DNA from: Macrostomum lignano
Lineage: Eukaryota
Assembly (NCBI GenBank): GCA_002269645.1
Contig: NIVC01003650.1
Coordinates: forward strand, 1-64,000
Direction of reading: 5' to 3'
Length of the DNA: 64,000 nt
The notes under the pieces are model-generated. The model saw only the letters and a list, made by a program, of their open reading frames with translations. It was not told the origin of the DNA and ran no database searches. The translations under genes and the position numbers were made by a program. Shown here piece by piece: positions 52,711 through 64,000 of this stretch (position 1 is the first letter of the stretch; every line of letters begins with the position of its first letter).

Positions 52711-53582
52711 ATGGCAAAGAAGTCATACGACCTGCTGTTCAAACTACTTCTGATTGGAGACTCTGGTGTGGGCAAGACCTGCATTCTATTCAGCTATGTT
52801 GAGAACACTTTTCAGACGTCGTTCATTTCAACAATTGGAATTGATTTCAAGATAAAAACTATCGAATTAGAGGGAAAGAAGATAAAACTTCAGGTGATTT
52901 TTAGCAGAATTTTTTGTGATTTGCTTTGCTAATTAGTTTTTTGGAATTTATTATGAAGCCTAATAAAGTAGTCAAACTTTGAAGCAGGTTTTTTGAATTA
53001 AAAAATTGGCAGGCTTTTTGCTGGCGCCTTTGCTCTGATGCTGGTGCGCCTGGTGCTAAAGCCCCTGGTGCTAAAGCCCCTGGTACATTCTTTTGGTAAA
53101 AAAAACAAATAAAAAACATCGCGTCCGATTTGCGCCAGATCTGGGACACGGCTGGGCAGGAGAGATTTCACACCATCGTGTCAGCCTACTACCGCGGTGC
53201 AATGGGCATCATGCTAGTCTATGACGTGACCTCTCGGGCCAGCTTTGACAACGTCGGCCGTTGGCTGGAGAACATCGAGAACTACGCCAGCGAATCTGTG
53301 GAGCGCGTGTTAGTTGGGAACAAATGCGACCTGAACGAGAAGCGGCAGGTCAGCGCACAGGAGGCAGAACGGCTGGCCAAATCGCGCGATATCCCTTTCT
53401 TCGAAACCTCGGCCAGAACAGGCGACGGAGTTGAGTCCGCCTTCCTGGCACTCACTGAGATGGTGTTGCACAAGACTCCAGTTGGGCAGTTGAATTCGCC
53501 TCAGCACAATTCACCCTTGTCATTGAAGGACCGTGACGGAAGCTCCAGACAGGGCGGGCTGTTGAAGGGCAAATGCTGCTGA
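52711..53582 (+). CDS. Rab10: Rab10-like small GTPase, 208 aa; join(52711..52893,53139..53582)
   Basis: [38 protein letters not shown]|[22 protein letters not shown]-terminal KCC. Phase-0 GT-AG intron. Confidence 0.88.
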
Positions 53583-53654
53583 TTCTGTTGACGGAAATCT
53601 GTTTGACTTAAGTTCAAAGTAACAGAAGTTATGTACATGTAATCATCTCGTAAG

Positions 53655-53935
53655 GAGTGAGGTGGGTGTATTTAAGGGTAGGGCATGAGGTGGGTGGCTT
53701 TGACGGTAATGAGTGAGGTTGTTGTTTTCAGGATAGGGAGTGCGGTGGATGTTTGTAACGGAAGGGAGTGAGGTGGGTGTTTTGGGGTAAGGAGTGAGGT
53801 GGGTGTTTTTGGGGGTAGGGAGTGAGGTGGGTGTTTTTGGGGATAGAGAGTGAGGTGGACGTCTTTGGGGGTAGGGAGGGATGTGGGTGTTTTGATGGAA
53901 GTGTTTTTGAGGGTACGGAGTGAGGTGGGTGACGG
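53655..53935. repeat. Degenerate G/T-rich minisatellite
   Basis: gggagtgaggtgggtgtttt variants. Confidence 0.8.
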
Positions 53936-54647
53936 TGTCAACAAATGAAATGCGAGTTACAGCCTACTAACAGCCAGCATGAAAACTATATTCGTATGGC
54001 AGGATAACTTGAATCTCAATGTTTCTCAATCTAATCGCTTTTCTCTAATCTTTAGTTACATTACAACTCATTTTTAGTATATAGGATTAAATAATTTTAT
54101 ATTTTTGTTCATGCGCAATGCTTTCATACATTTTAAATCAAACTGCAGCTGTTGAATAAACGCAAAATTGATCGGTTCTAATGTTTTTTGAATTTAGCTG
54201 GGTAGCACCTCTCAGTTTTCTAACACCCATTTTATAGAGTGTTTTTATGGTCTGTTAGCTTTTGTGGTCCGATTTTAATTGTCAAAAATATTCCAAACAT
54301 TTTTTTCTTGGCACTACTGCCGGTACGCACTAAAGTAGTATTCTCAGAATATGAAGCCTTCCTGACTTCCTGTCTATTTTAATTCGTCTGTCCATTTATA
54401 ATTCCGTTTGAAACTTTTCCGTGTTTTTTCTATTGGCGCCAAAAAATGATGAAGCGACTTATTAAGCTTTTTGAAACAATTTTAAACAGTTATTAAAGTA
54501 TTCCGTTTGACGTATAATGATTAAAATAGACATTTTTTATGTTATATTGTTAATTAAAAATTTAATTTGCGCTTCCGAAAGGTATAAGATTTGCCTAATT
54601 CAGACTTGGACTGTTGCTCATGTTCTTTACATTTATGAGAAGAGGAT

Positions 54648-55720
54648 CACTGAGTGGGTCACTGAGGCAGACACAATTAGGAGAGAGTGGGTCACTGAGG
54701 CAGACACAATTAGGAGAGAGTGGGTCACTGAGGCAGACACAATTAGGAGAGAGTGGGTCACTGAGGCAGACACAATTAGGAGAGAGTGGGTCACTGAGGC
54801 AGACACAATTAGGAGAGAGTGGGTCACTGAGGCAGACACAATTAGGAGAGAGTGGGTCACTGAGGCAGACACAATTAGGAGAGAGTGGGTCACTGAGGCA
54901 GACACAATTAGGAGAGAGTGGGTCACTGAGGCAGACACAATTAGGAGAGAGTGGGTCACTGAGGCAGACACAATTAGGAGAGAGTGGGTCACTGAGGCAG
55001 ACACAATTAGGAGAGAGTGGGTCACTGAGGCAGACACAATTAGGAGAGAGTGGGTCACTGAGGCAGACACAATTAGGAGAGATTGATCACTGAGGCAGAC
55101 ACAATTAGGAGAGAGTGGGTCACTGAGACACAAGGAGAGAGTGGGTCACTGAGACACAAGGAGAGAGTGGGTCACTGAGACACAAGGAGAGAGTGGGTCA
55201 CTGAGACACAAGGAGAGAGTGGGTCACTGAGACACAAGGAGAGAGTGGGTCACTGAGACACAAGGAGAGAGTGGGTCACTGAGACACAAGGAGAGAGTGG
55301 GTCACTGAGACACAAGGAGAGAGTGGGTCACTGAGACACAAGGAGAGAGTGGGTCACTGAGACACAAGGAGAGAGTGGGTCACTGAGACACAAGGAGAGA
55401 GTGGGTCACTGAGACACAAGGAGAGAGTGGGTCACTGAGGCACAAGGAGAGAGTGGGTCCCTGAGACACAAGGAGAGAGTGGGTCACTGAGACACAAGGA
55501 GAGAGTGGGTCACTGAGACACAAGGAGAGAGTGGGTCACTGAGACACAAGGAGAGAGTGGGTCACTGATACACAAGGAGAGAGTGGGTCACTGAGACACA
55601 AGGAGAGAGTGGGTCACTGAGACACAAGGAGAGAGTGGGTCACTGAGACACAAGGAGAGAGTGGGTCACTGAGACACAAGGAGAGAGTGGGTCACTGAGA
55701 CACAAGGAGAGAGTGGGTCA
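54648..55720. repeat. Two-phase minisatellite: 33-bp units, then 26-bp units
   Basis: gagagtgggtcactgaggcagacacaattagga switches at about 55125 to gagagtgggtcactgagacacaagga. Confidence 0.97.
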
Positions 55721-56484
55721 CATCACATCAAGGTGTTCGTTGACGCAGAAAAAGATTCAAAACTTATTTAACTTGAAAGGAAGAATTTGAAAAAAATGTT
55801 GTGTGGGAAATACTGCATTAACCAATATACTCGTAAGTTTTGCATTTGAGTTGTCAGAGAGAGAAGACACGGCGGTGTCAGAAAACGCGGCAGAGACAGG
55901 GGTCATGCGCTCACTCAAGCGTTGACACTTAGAGACGCCAAGGAATATTTCCAGTTGAGCAAGTCACTGAGTTGCTTGTCTCCGTCAGCATGTTGCATTG
56001 ATTGGAATTTCATCCAACCTTTAATTAGCGTCTCAACTGCCATATATGGTATTGAGCTGTGATGCAATTAGAAATTAGTCTTTAAATTGCGTACAATATC
56101 AACAGCAGCCCACTGTGCCATTGTTGTAAACCGCAAGATAAAAATATCATAAATTACAGTGTGTCAGCCACATTCATTGGAACTGCACACTGCACGTATG
56201 CAGAAATTGGGGTGGTGGGTGTCCCCCTATTGCGTAATCAATGCAGGACCAGCCCCAAACCCCCGGCCCAAGCGTAGACTCTGCATGATGTAACTGGTAG
56301 AGAGCTGCAGGTGAGAGGGGAAACGTGTCTAGCTCAAAATATCTCTTAATTGCCAAGTAAACATTGTGTGGCTGACACACTGAGCTCTGCAAAATTACTC
56401 GAGCCAAGCATCCTGAGACGAGTCGTGTCGCCTCAATTTTTTTCTGAAGCTATAAATAAATTGTTAAGTAAGAATTATCCAATT

Positions 56485-58795
56485 ATGGCTAAGCTACTCT
56501 TTCCTGAGCCAGCCGAGTTATTGCTCAAAGCTAGTCGACCAAATCAGCTCTGCTGTTTCGCCGCATTCAAAGCCAGGAGACAGAATCCAGCAGCCATGAC
56601 TGACGACACTGAGGAGGAGTCTGTGCTGGTCTACCGGCCCCAGTCCATGCTGTTTCCATCGTCTCCAGATCTGTCCATGACGTCATCTAGAACTTCGACA
56701 TCATCACCAATGTCGCTGACAGTTCGGCAGGTGAACTCTGGCGAGTCTGCTGAAACCCGTCTGAGGTCCACGGTTGTGGAGGTCTTTCCGACAGCAGCTC
56801 AGTGCGTGACGAGCAGGTGGGTGACATTTGGAAGTTGACTGGCTGTGCAGTGATTGATGCCGTGTGTGTGTGTGGCTCAGGTGTGCAGTGATTGATGCCG
56901 TGTGTGCGGCTCAGGTGTGCAGCAATGACTGCTGTGCGGTCCTTATGCTGCTAACTTACTACCCAGACAAGCCATCCACAATTGGCTCACCCAAGCAGGC
57001 ACCATCTACCGCTAGCGACTTCGTCACCGTCTCGTCTCTCAATCGACTCTCGTCTCTCGCTGCCCTCGCTAGTCGACTCGGTGCTTCGCTGGCGAACATC
57101 GTCGCCAGCCGGCAGTCCGGCCGGAACCTCTGAGGCAGTCGACGCCGGCAAGATGGCTCGACGCCGGCAGCGCCGCCGGATGCACCAGTCAGATCGGCTG
57201 CAGCGTCGAACCTGGGACGGCAGCGGAGACACCAGCGTCTGTCCAATCAAGATGGTGGGCAGTCCGGAGGAGACCAGCAGTCAGGCGCGGAGCGACCCGG
57301 ACGATACTGCGCACAACGGCTGCTTTAAGGACGAGGCCATTCCTACAGTCGAGAGGTTCGACGATCAATCGGACGTCCGAAGCGACGACGACTCCAACAT
57401 AGTGGAAATCTACCTGGATAGCATCCTTGAGAACCTGCCGGACGAAGTCGACCCGCAAGGTTCCGCGGATTTCACTGGCAAAGAGGTCGCCGATGGCCCA
57501 AATACCGGCGAATGCGTCGATTTGGACGAGCTGCTGCTGCTGGCCGAGACCGCTGACGACGCCGCTGACAAGGCGAATGCGACGGCCGGTTCCGACCTGG
57601 TCGAGCTCGCTCGAGGCCAAGCTGCAGTCAGCGCCGAGGTTTCGGGCACTTCGACGAAACTCCTCGGGAAACGTCAGGTGTCGACTGTCCCGACGGTTGG
57701 CGTCGGCTGAGCGCCACGGGCTCGGAGCCGGCGACCGACGAGTTCAGCTTCATCCGCGTCCGGGTTCTGCCGACGCCGACGCCGACAACCTTGCCAGCAT
57801 CCGTGACCACGACGGCCACCATGCCGCGTCTGCGCCGAGCTGCCACCATGGCGGCGCCGGCAACGACGCTTGCAGCTCCGCAGAGGTTTTGGCCAGAAGC
57901 GGCCGGCGGCAGCAGCAGCACCAGCACTCGGCGCCGATTTCACAAGCGACGCCAGAGCTATATTTTGAATCGCACGCACGAGCAGCGGAAGCCGGGTGAC
58001 AAAAATCAGAATTCGGTGGTCCTGACCGGAGCCAGGCGCAGTCTCGGGACGCCTGTCGCTAAGCCGGAGCAGCCGTCGCTGCCGCAGCCTCCGCCGTCGT
58101 CAGCGGCTCGGTTGCCCTCGTCCGCACCAGTCCGCGCCGTGATTTTTCACCCGCCATCGCAGGCTGGCAGAGCTGCCTACCTGGCGAACTACCTGGCCAG
58201 CAGCGGCCAGCCAGCCAGCATCTGGTCCTCCGGCGAGCTGCTTGCGGAGGTCGCCAACAACCGGTCAGAGTCAAAGCTGCCACGGTGGCAGCAGCGTCCG
58301 CGAATTCAGCAAGCTGCAAGACTGCTTCGCGACGGACTGTCCTTCCGCCGGTCCTCTCGACGCTACTCGAAGTCGGGCGCCGGCGCCGCCGCCGCTACGG
58401 CCGATCCTGCCGACGTTCTCGTCGCCTGCGCCAAGCGCAACTACCTGCCGGTGGTGCTGCTGCCGGCCTGCGATCCGACCGACGATGCCTATCTGCGTCG
58501 GCTCCGCGAATCCCTGGCCGGCATGACGCCATCGCTTCCTACTGGCCTCGTTGTCGTGGTCGCCGGGCCGTCCGAAGCCGCTCACTGGGCCGCGGCAGCT
58601 GGCGCCGACACGCCGCTCCAGGTGCTGCGCGACGAGCTGGCGGCGACATCGGCGGCGGCTACAAACGACGACAGTCGCCGGCATCAACGCCGCCAGCAGC
58701 AGCAGCAGCTGCCGCCGGGGCCCGAGTGCTGCCGACAAGTGCTGGCCGCCGCCCGCTGCTCCGGCGCCTTGGCAGCCCCGCACCGCCTGCTGTAA
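56485..58795 (+). CDS. Unidentified multi-exon gene with an apparent frameshift near 57600-57700
   Basis: Three GC-rich ORF blocks (56485-~56730, 56967-57710, ~57650-58795). ctaac branch and acccag acceptor at 56966; a phase-compatible donor at 56731. No recognised domain. Confidence 0.5.
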
Positions 58796-59391
58796 GCGAC
58801 ATGCACGCACTTGCGAGCGCTGAAGGCGTCGTTTTGCTTTAGTTGGCCCATAAATTTTTTAGAACCTTCAATTCTTTCTTTTTTGATACACGTTTAAATT
58901 TGCGCGCTACGTTCGCCTTGCTCTACTGACTGTACTGGCAAGTCAGTAGTAATACGTGCGTATGCGCGCTTGTGGCACAAATCGGCGTGGCAAGTGTCTC
59001 AGTTGTGGTTCGTTTGGTGGTGGGTGAATCGAAAAAATTTAAATTGTTTTAAACTACAGTGTTTTAGCGGTCAACCCTTGTCTGTGTACAAAAGATTTTA
59101 TCATTTTTAGCCAGTTTTTACTCATAAAAGCTCCTTACAGGAGTTGTTGTTTCATGCTCTGTTTTTAATTGCTTCTGTTGATCATATTTAGTGATATTGA
59201 TGCGATAAGAAATTTGCTTGTAATATGAACTTATAAATTTTCCTTTTCGCCTCTGACATTGCTTCATGTTGTGGCTTTATTCAAAGCCAAAAATAAACAA
59301 CTAAAACTATTTCTAACTGTCATTTTTATTCTCATCACTGCTTTGGCTGGAAAATTATTCGCTTTTTCTCCTTTTTGAGGGTTAACCGGGT

Positions 59392-61558
59392 AAGTGTACA
59401 TTGGAATTGGGGTGAGTGTACATTGGAATTGGGGGTGTGTGTGCATTAGAATTGGGGTGAGTGTACATTGGAATTGGGGTGTGTGTACATTGGAATTGGG
59501 GTGAGTGTACATTGGAATTGGGGTGAGTGTACATTGGAATTGGGGGTGTGTGTGCATTAGAATTGGGGTGAGTGTACATTGGAATTGGGGTGTGTGTACA
59601 TTGGAATTGGGGTGAGTGTACATTGGAATTGGGGTGAGTGCATTGGAATTGGGGTGAGTGTGCATTGGAATTGGGGGTGAGTGTACATTGGAATTGGGGT
59701 TAGTGTACATTGGAATTGGGGGTGAGTGTACATTGGAATTGGGGTTAGTGTACATTGGAATTGGGGGTGTGTGTACATTGGAATTGGGGTTAGTGTTCAT
59801 TGGAATTGGGGTGAGTGTGCATTGGAATTGGGGTGAGTGCATTGGAATTGGGGTGAGTGTGCATTGGAATTGGGGTGAGTGCATTGGAATTGGGGTGTGT
59901 GTACATTGGAATTGGGGTGAGTGTGCATTGGAATTGGGGTGAGTGCATTGGAATTGGGGTGAGTGTACATTGGAATTGGGGGTGAGTGTGCATTGGAATT
60001 GGGATGAGTGTGCATTGGAATTGGGGTGAGTGCTCATTGGAATTGGGGGTGAGTGTACATTGGAATTGGGGTGAGTGCTCATTGGAATTGAGGGTGAGTG
60101 TGCATTGGAATTGGGGTGAGTGTGCATTGGAATTGGGATGAGTGTGCATTGGAATTGGGGGTGAGTGTTCATTGGAATTAGGGTTAGTGTACATTGGAAT
60201 TGGGGTGAGTGTACATTGGAATTGGGATGAGTGTGCATTGGAATTTGGGGTGAGTGTTCATTGGAATTGGGGTTAGTGTGCATTGGAATTGGGGTTAGTG
60301 TACATTGGAATTGGGGTTAGTGTACATTGGAATTGGGGTGAGTGTGCATTGGAATTGGGGTGAGTGTACATTGGAATTGGGGTGATTGTGCATTGGAATT
60401 GGGGGTGAGTGTACATTGGAATTGGGGTTAGTGTACATTGGAATTGGGGGTGAGTGTACATTGGAATTGGGGTGAGTGTACATTGGAATTGGGGGTGAGT
60501 GTACATTGGAATTGGGGTGAGTGCTCATTGGAATTGAGGGTGAGTGTACATTGGAATTGGGGGTGAGTGCTCATTGGAATTGGGGGTGAGTGTGCATTGG
60601 AATTGGGGTTAGTGTACATTGGAATTGGGGGTGAGTGCTCATTGGAATTGGGGTTAGTGTGCATTGGAATTGGGGTGAGTGTGCATTGGAATTGGGGTGA
60701 GTGTACATTGGAATTGGGGGTAAGTGTTCATTGGAATTGGGGTGAGTGTACATTGGAATTGGGGGTGAGTGTGCATTGGAATTTGGGGGTGAGTGTTCAT
60801 TGGAATTGGGGTGAGTGTACATTGGAATTGGGGTGAGTGTGCATTGGAATTGGGGTTAGTGTGCATTGGAATTGAGGTGAGTGTGCATTGGAATTGAGGT
60901 GAGTGTGCATTGGAATTGGGGTGAGTGTGCATTGGAATTGGGGTTAGTGTGCATTGGAATTGAGGTGAGTGTGCATTGGAATTGAGGGTGAGTGTGCATT
61001 GGAATTGGGGTTAGTGTGCATTGGAATTGAGGTGAGTGTGCATTGGAATTTGGGGGTGAGTGTTCATTGGAATTGGGGTGAGTGTGCATTGGAATTGGGG
61101 TGAGTGTGCATTGGAATTGGGGTGAGTGTGCATTGGAATTGGGGTGAGTGTACATTGGAATTGGGGGTGAGTGTACATTGGAATTGGGGTGAGTGTGCAT
61201 TGGAATTGGGGTGAGTGTGCATTGGAATTGGGGTGAGTGTGCATTGGAATTGGGGTGAGTGTGCATTGGAATTGGGGTGAGTGTGCATTGGAATTGGGGT
61301 TAGTGTGCATTGGAATTGGGGTGAGTGTGCATTGGAATTGGGGTGAGTGTGCATTGGAATTGGGGTGAGTGTACATTGGAATTGGGGGTGAGTGTACATT
61401 GGAATTGGGGTGAGTGTGCATTGGAATTGGGGTGAGTGTGCATTGGAATTGGGGTGAGTGTGCATTGGAATTGGGGTGAGTGTGCATTGGAATTGGGGTG
61501 AGTGTGCATTGGAATTGGGGTGAGTGTGCATTGGAATTGGGGTTAGTGTGCATTGGAA
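59392..61558. repeat. G-rich 21-23-bp minisatellite
   Basis: tacattggaattggggtgagtg variants. Confidence 0.97.
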
Positions 61559-62235
61559 TCAACTTGCACTTTTGCAGCACTACTTTCCCGTTGGCCTGTG
61601 CCAGCCTGTATTATCAATCCTTCTTCTAAAAAAAAGAAAAAATATTTTTATTGAGGAGAGGATGGAAGTTCCCTTAATTAAACTCAACCGGCTCCATGCT
61701 GTACTTGGCCGTGCATGCAGTGTTTATGCCAAGGCACGGGACTGGCTGCCTGAGATTTACAACAGCTGCCCGACCATTGTGCGCTTGTGTGCGCAAGTGT
61801 AATTATAAATGCTTTTGTGGGGTGGCGGGGGCGGCCACCCCTCACTGTCACAGTGCATGCAGTGTGCGCAGATACGAACGCAGATAAGGCCGCGTGCACT
61901 GCAGTCTCCGGGGTATTCTGCGACTGATAAATGCAAACTCTCGTGCTTTTCAGCTCTACACGCTACTGGCGCACCCCACCCCTAGAATAGAATAGCAGCT
62001 TGCTTGCTTCCTGAATCCTGCCAAGTTCTCTTCTGGCTAATAGCAGAGCAAGCATTTCTGCTTCAAGGATAAGATAGATTTTATATCGACTCAGCCTGAA
62101 GTTGCCAGCCGGATACTTCTGCTGCATTGATGAGGCAGAAGAGCGACTCGGAGGCAAGGTGGAAAGGTGAGAAATACCTTGGATATCCGACTCTCGTATC
62201 CTCATCAGATCAATATTGATCGAGGGGTCGTCTTG

Positions 62236-62880
62236 ATTCCTAAACTGGCGCTATTTCAAATCCTAAACTGGCGCCACTTCAAATTCTAATCTGGTGCCAT
62301 TTCAAATTCTAATCTGGCGCCTTTTCAAATTCTAATCTGGGGCTTTTTCAAATTCTAATCTGGGGTCATTTCAAATTCTAATCTGGCGCCTTTTCAAATC
62401 CTAAACTGGCGCCACTTCAAATTCTAATCTGGCGCCATTTCAAATTCTAATCTGGCGCCTTTTCAAATCCTAAACTGGCGCCACTTCAAATTCTAATCTG
62501 GCGCCATTTCAAATTCTAATCTGGCGCCTTTTCAAATCCTAAACTGGCGCCACTTCAAATTCTAATCTGGCGCCATTTCAAATTCTAATCTGGGGCTTTT
62601 TCAAATCCTAATCTGGCGCCATTTCAAATTCTAATCTGGCACCATTTCAAATTCTAATCTGGGGCCTTTTCAAATTCTAATCTGGCGCCATTTCAAATTC
62701 TAATCTGGCATCTTTTCAAATCCTAATCTGGCGCCATCTCAAATCCTAAATTGGGGCCATTTCAAATCCTAAATTGGCGCCATTTCAAATTCTAAATTGG
62801 GGCCATTTCAAATCCTAAATTGGCGCCATTTCAAATTCTAAACCGGCGCCTTTTCAAATTCTAATCTGGCGTCATTTTAA
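62236..62880. repeat. 23-bp minisatellite
   Basis: ctggcgccatttcaaattctaat variants. Confidence 0.95.
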
Positions 62881-63439
62881 ATCCTTAAATCTTGCCGAAC
62901 TTCGCTATATTACAAATCCGAGGGAACTTGGCAGGTTATTTTGGTAGCATCTGTGCATATTCACGTTGGCGCGCAATGCTATTTTTGAATTGCTTTTTAT
63001 CTCTGTCCTCTACACTGGATCATGAAGCTCTCCACACAGAGCCTAGAGCTCTCGTTCTCTTCATCAAATTTAAGGCTTTCGTGAAGCTTTAAAGGGCTTT
63101 AGCACCAGCAGCGCCAGCGAAAATCAACATTTTTTGTCGAGATGAAAAATGAAACAACTAAGTTCTGCCCCGACTATATGGAAAAGAAACTCGCGATCTT
63201 ATTCGTAATCTCTCCCACTCTTATCTTCTTAAGCCTACACCGCCGCAGCCCCCACCACGGCACTTCCAGGATGTCCGACAGAAAGGCCGCCGATGTCAAA
63301 CTGCTGCTGCTGCAGCCCGCCGCCGCGGCTTACTCTGAGGACATTGCTGATCTAATTCTGACGCTGTACACCAGGCCTGCCACCGGCCAGGAGATGCGCG
63401 TCTACATTGTGGGTGAGCACTGTAGGGCATTCAAGTAGC

Positions 63440-64000
63440 TGGAACTGGGAGATTGGGGAGAATCAGAAAGGGGAGAGCGGGAACTGGGAGAGGATTGGGG
63501 AGAATTGGAAAGGGGAGAGCGGGAACTGGGAGAGGATTGGGGGAGAATTGGAAAGGGGAGAGCGGGAACTGGGAGAGGATTTGGGGAGAATTAGAAATGG
63601 GATAACGGGAACTGGGAGATTGGGGAGAATTAGAAAGGGGAGAGCGGGAACTGGGAGATTGGGGAGAATTAGAAATGGGATAACGGGAACTGGGAGATTG
63701 GGGTTAAATAGAAAGGGGAGAGCGGAACTGGGAGATTGGGGAGAATTGAAAGGGGAGAGCGGAACTGGGAGATTGGGGAGAATTGGAAAGGGGAGAGCAG
63801 GAACTGGGAGATTGGGGAGAATTAGAAATGGGATAACGGGAACTGAGAGATTGGGAGAATTAGAAAGGGGAGAGCGGGAACTGGGAGATTGGGGAGAATT
63901 GGAAAGGGGAGAGCGGGAACTGGGAGATTGGGGAGAATTAGAAATGGGAGAGTGGGAACTGGGAGATTGGGGAGAATTAGAAATGGGAGAGCAGGAACTG
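63440..64000. repeat. Purine-rich ~39-bp minisatellite running off the window end
   Basis: gggaactgggagattggggagaattagaaaggggagagc variants. Confidence 0.93.

Noticed and set aside
54517-55720. CRISPR-like array or repeat protein
   Set aside because: Units are contiguous with no unique spacers and no cas genes. The same applies to the 22-, 33-, 41-, 45- and 54-bp arrays.
59264-61580. His/Pro-rich ORFs and a telomere interpretation
   Set aside because: Minisatellite artefacts; the units are 21-23 bp, not a short telomeric repeat.
61660-61802. Rho-like fragment (RDWLPEIYNSCP)
   Set aside because: Single short resemblance with no other GTPase motifs nearby.
63142-63438. Possible exon (ADLILTLYTRPATGQEMRVYIV)
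   Set aside because: Looks coding and has a possible donor, but it cannot be assigned or linked within the window.

Overview
Intron-containing animal genomic DNA. GC-rich exons, very AT-rich introns and a heavy tandem-repeat load fit a flatworm such as Macrostomum, but this is inference only. Host genes: a metadherin/LYRIC-like Lys/Glu-repeat membrane protein, a PRR5/Protor homolog, a divergent CDK4/6-like kinase (DFG changed to DFN), an intronless orphan ORF, an atypical class A GPCR, a Rab10-like GTPase and an unidentified gene at 56.5-58.8 kb. Mobile DNA: a near-intact Crypton-like tyrosine-recombinase (YR) element with short terminal inverted repeats plus several deletion derivatives in head-to-tail arrays, a complete Chapaev-type transposon, a young Penelope-like element with inverted pseudo-LTRs and hammerhead ribozymes, an IS630/Tc1-like foldback element and many MITEs. 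Much of 32-64 kb is micro- and minisatellite, including about 5 kb of (TATC)n. The two most unusual signals are the modular YR system and recurrent TA to TA-GGCC-TA micro-insertions, which can be shown by comparing repeat copies inside the window. All family calls are from motif recognition by eye; no database searches were run.
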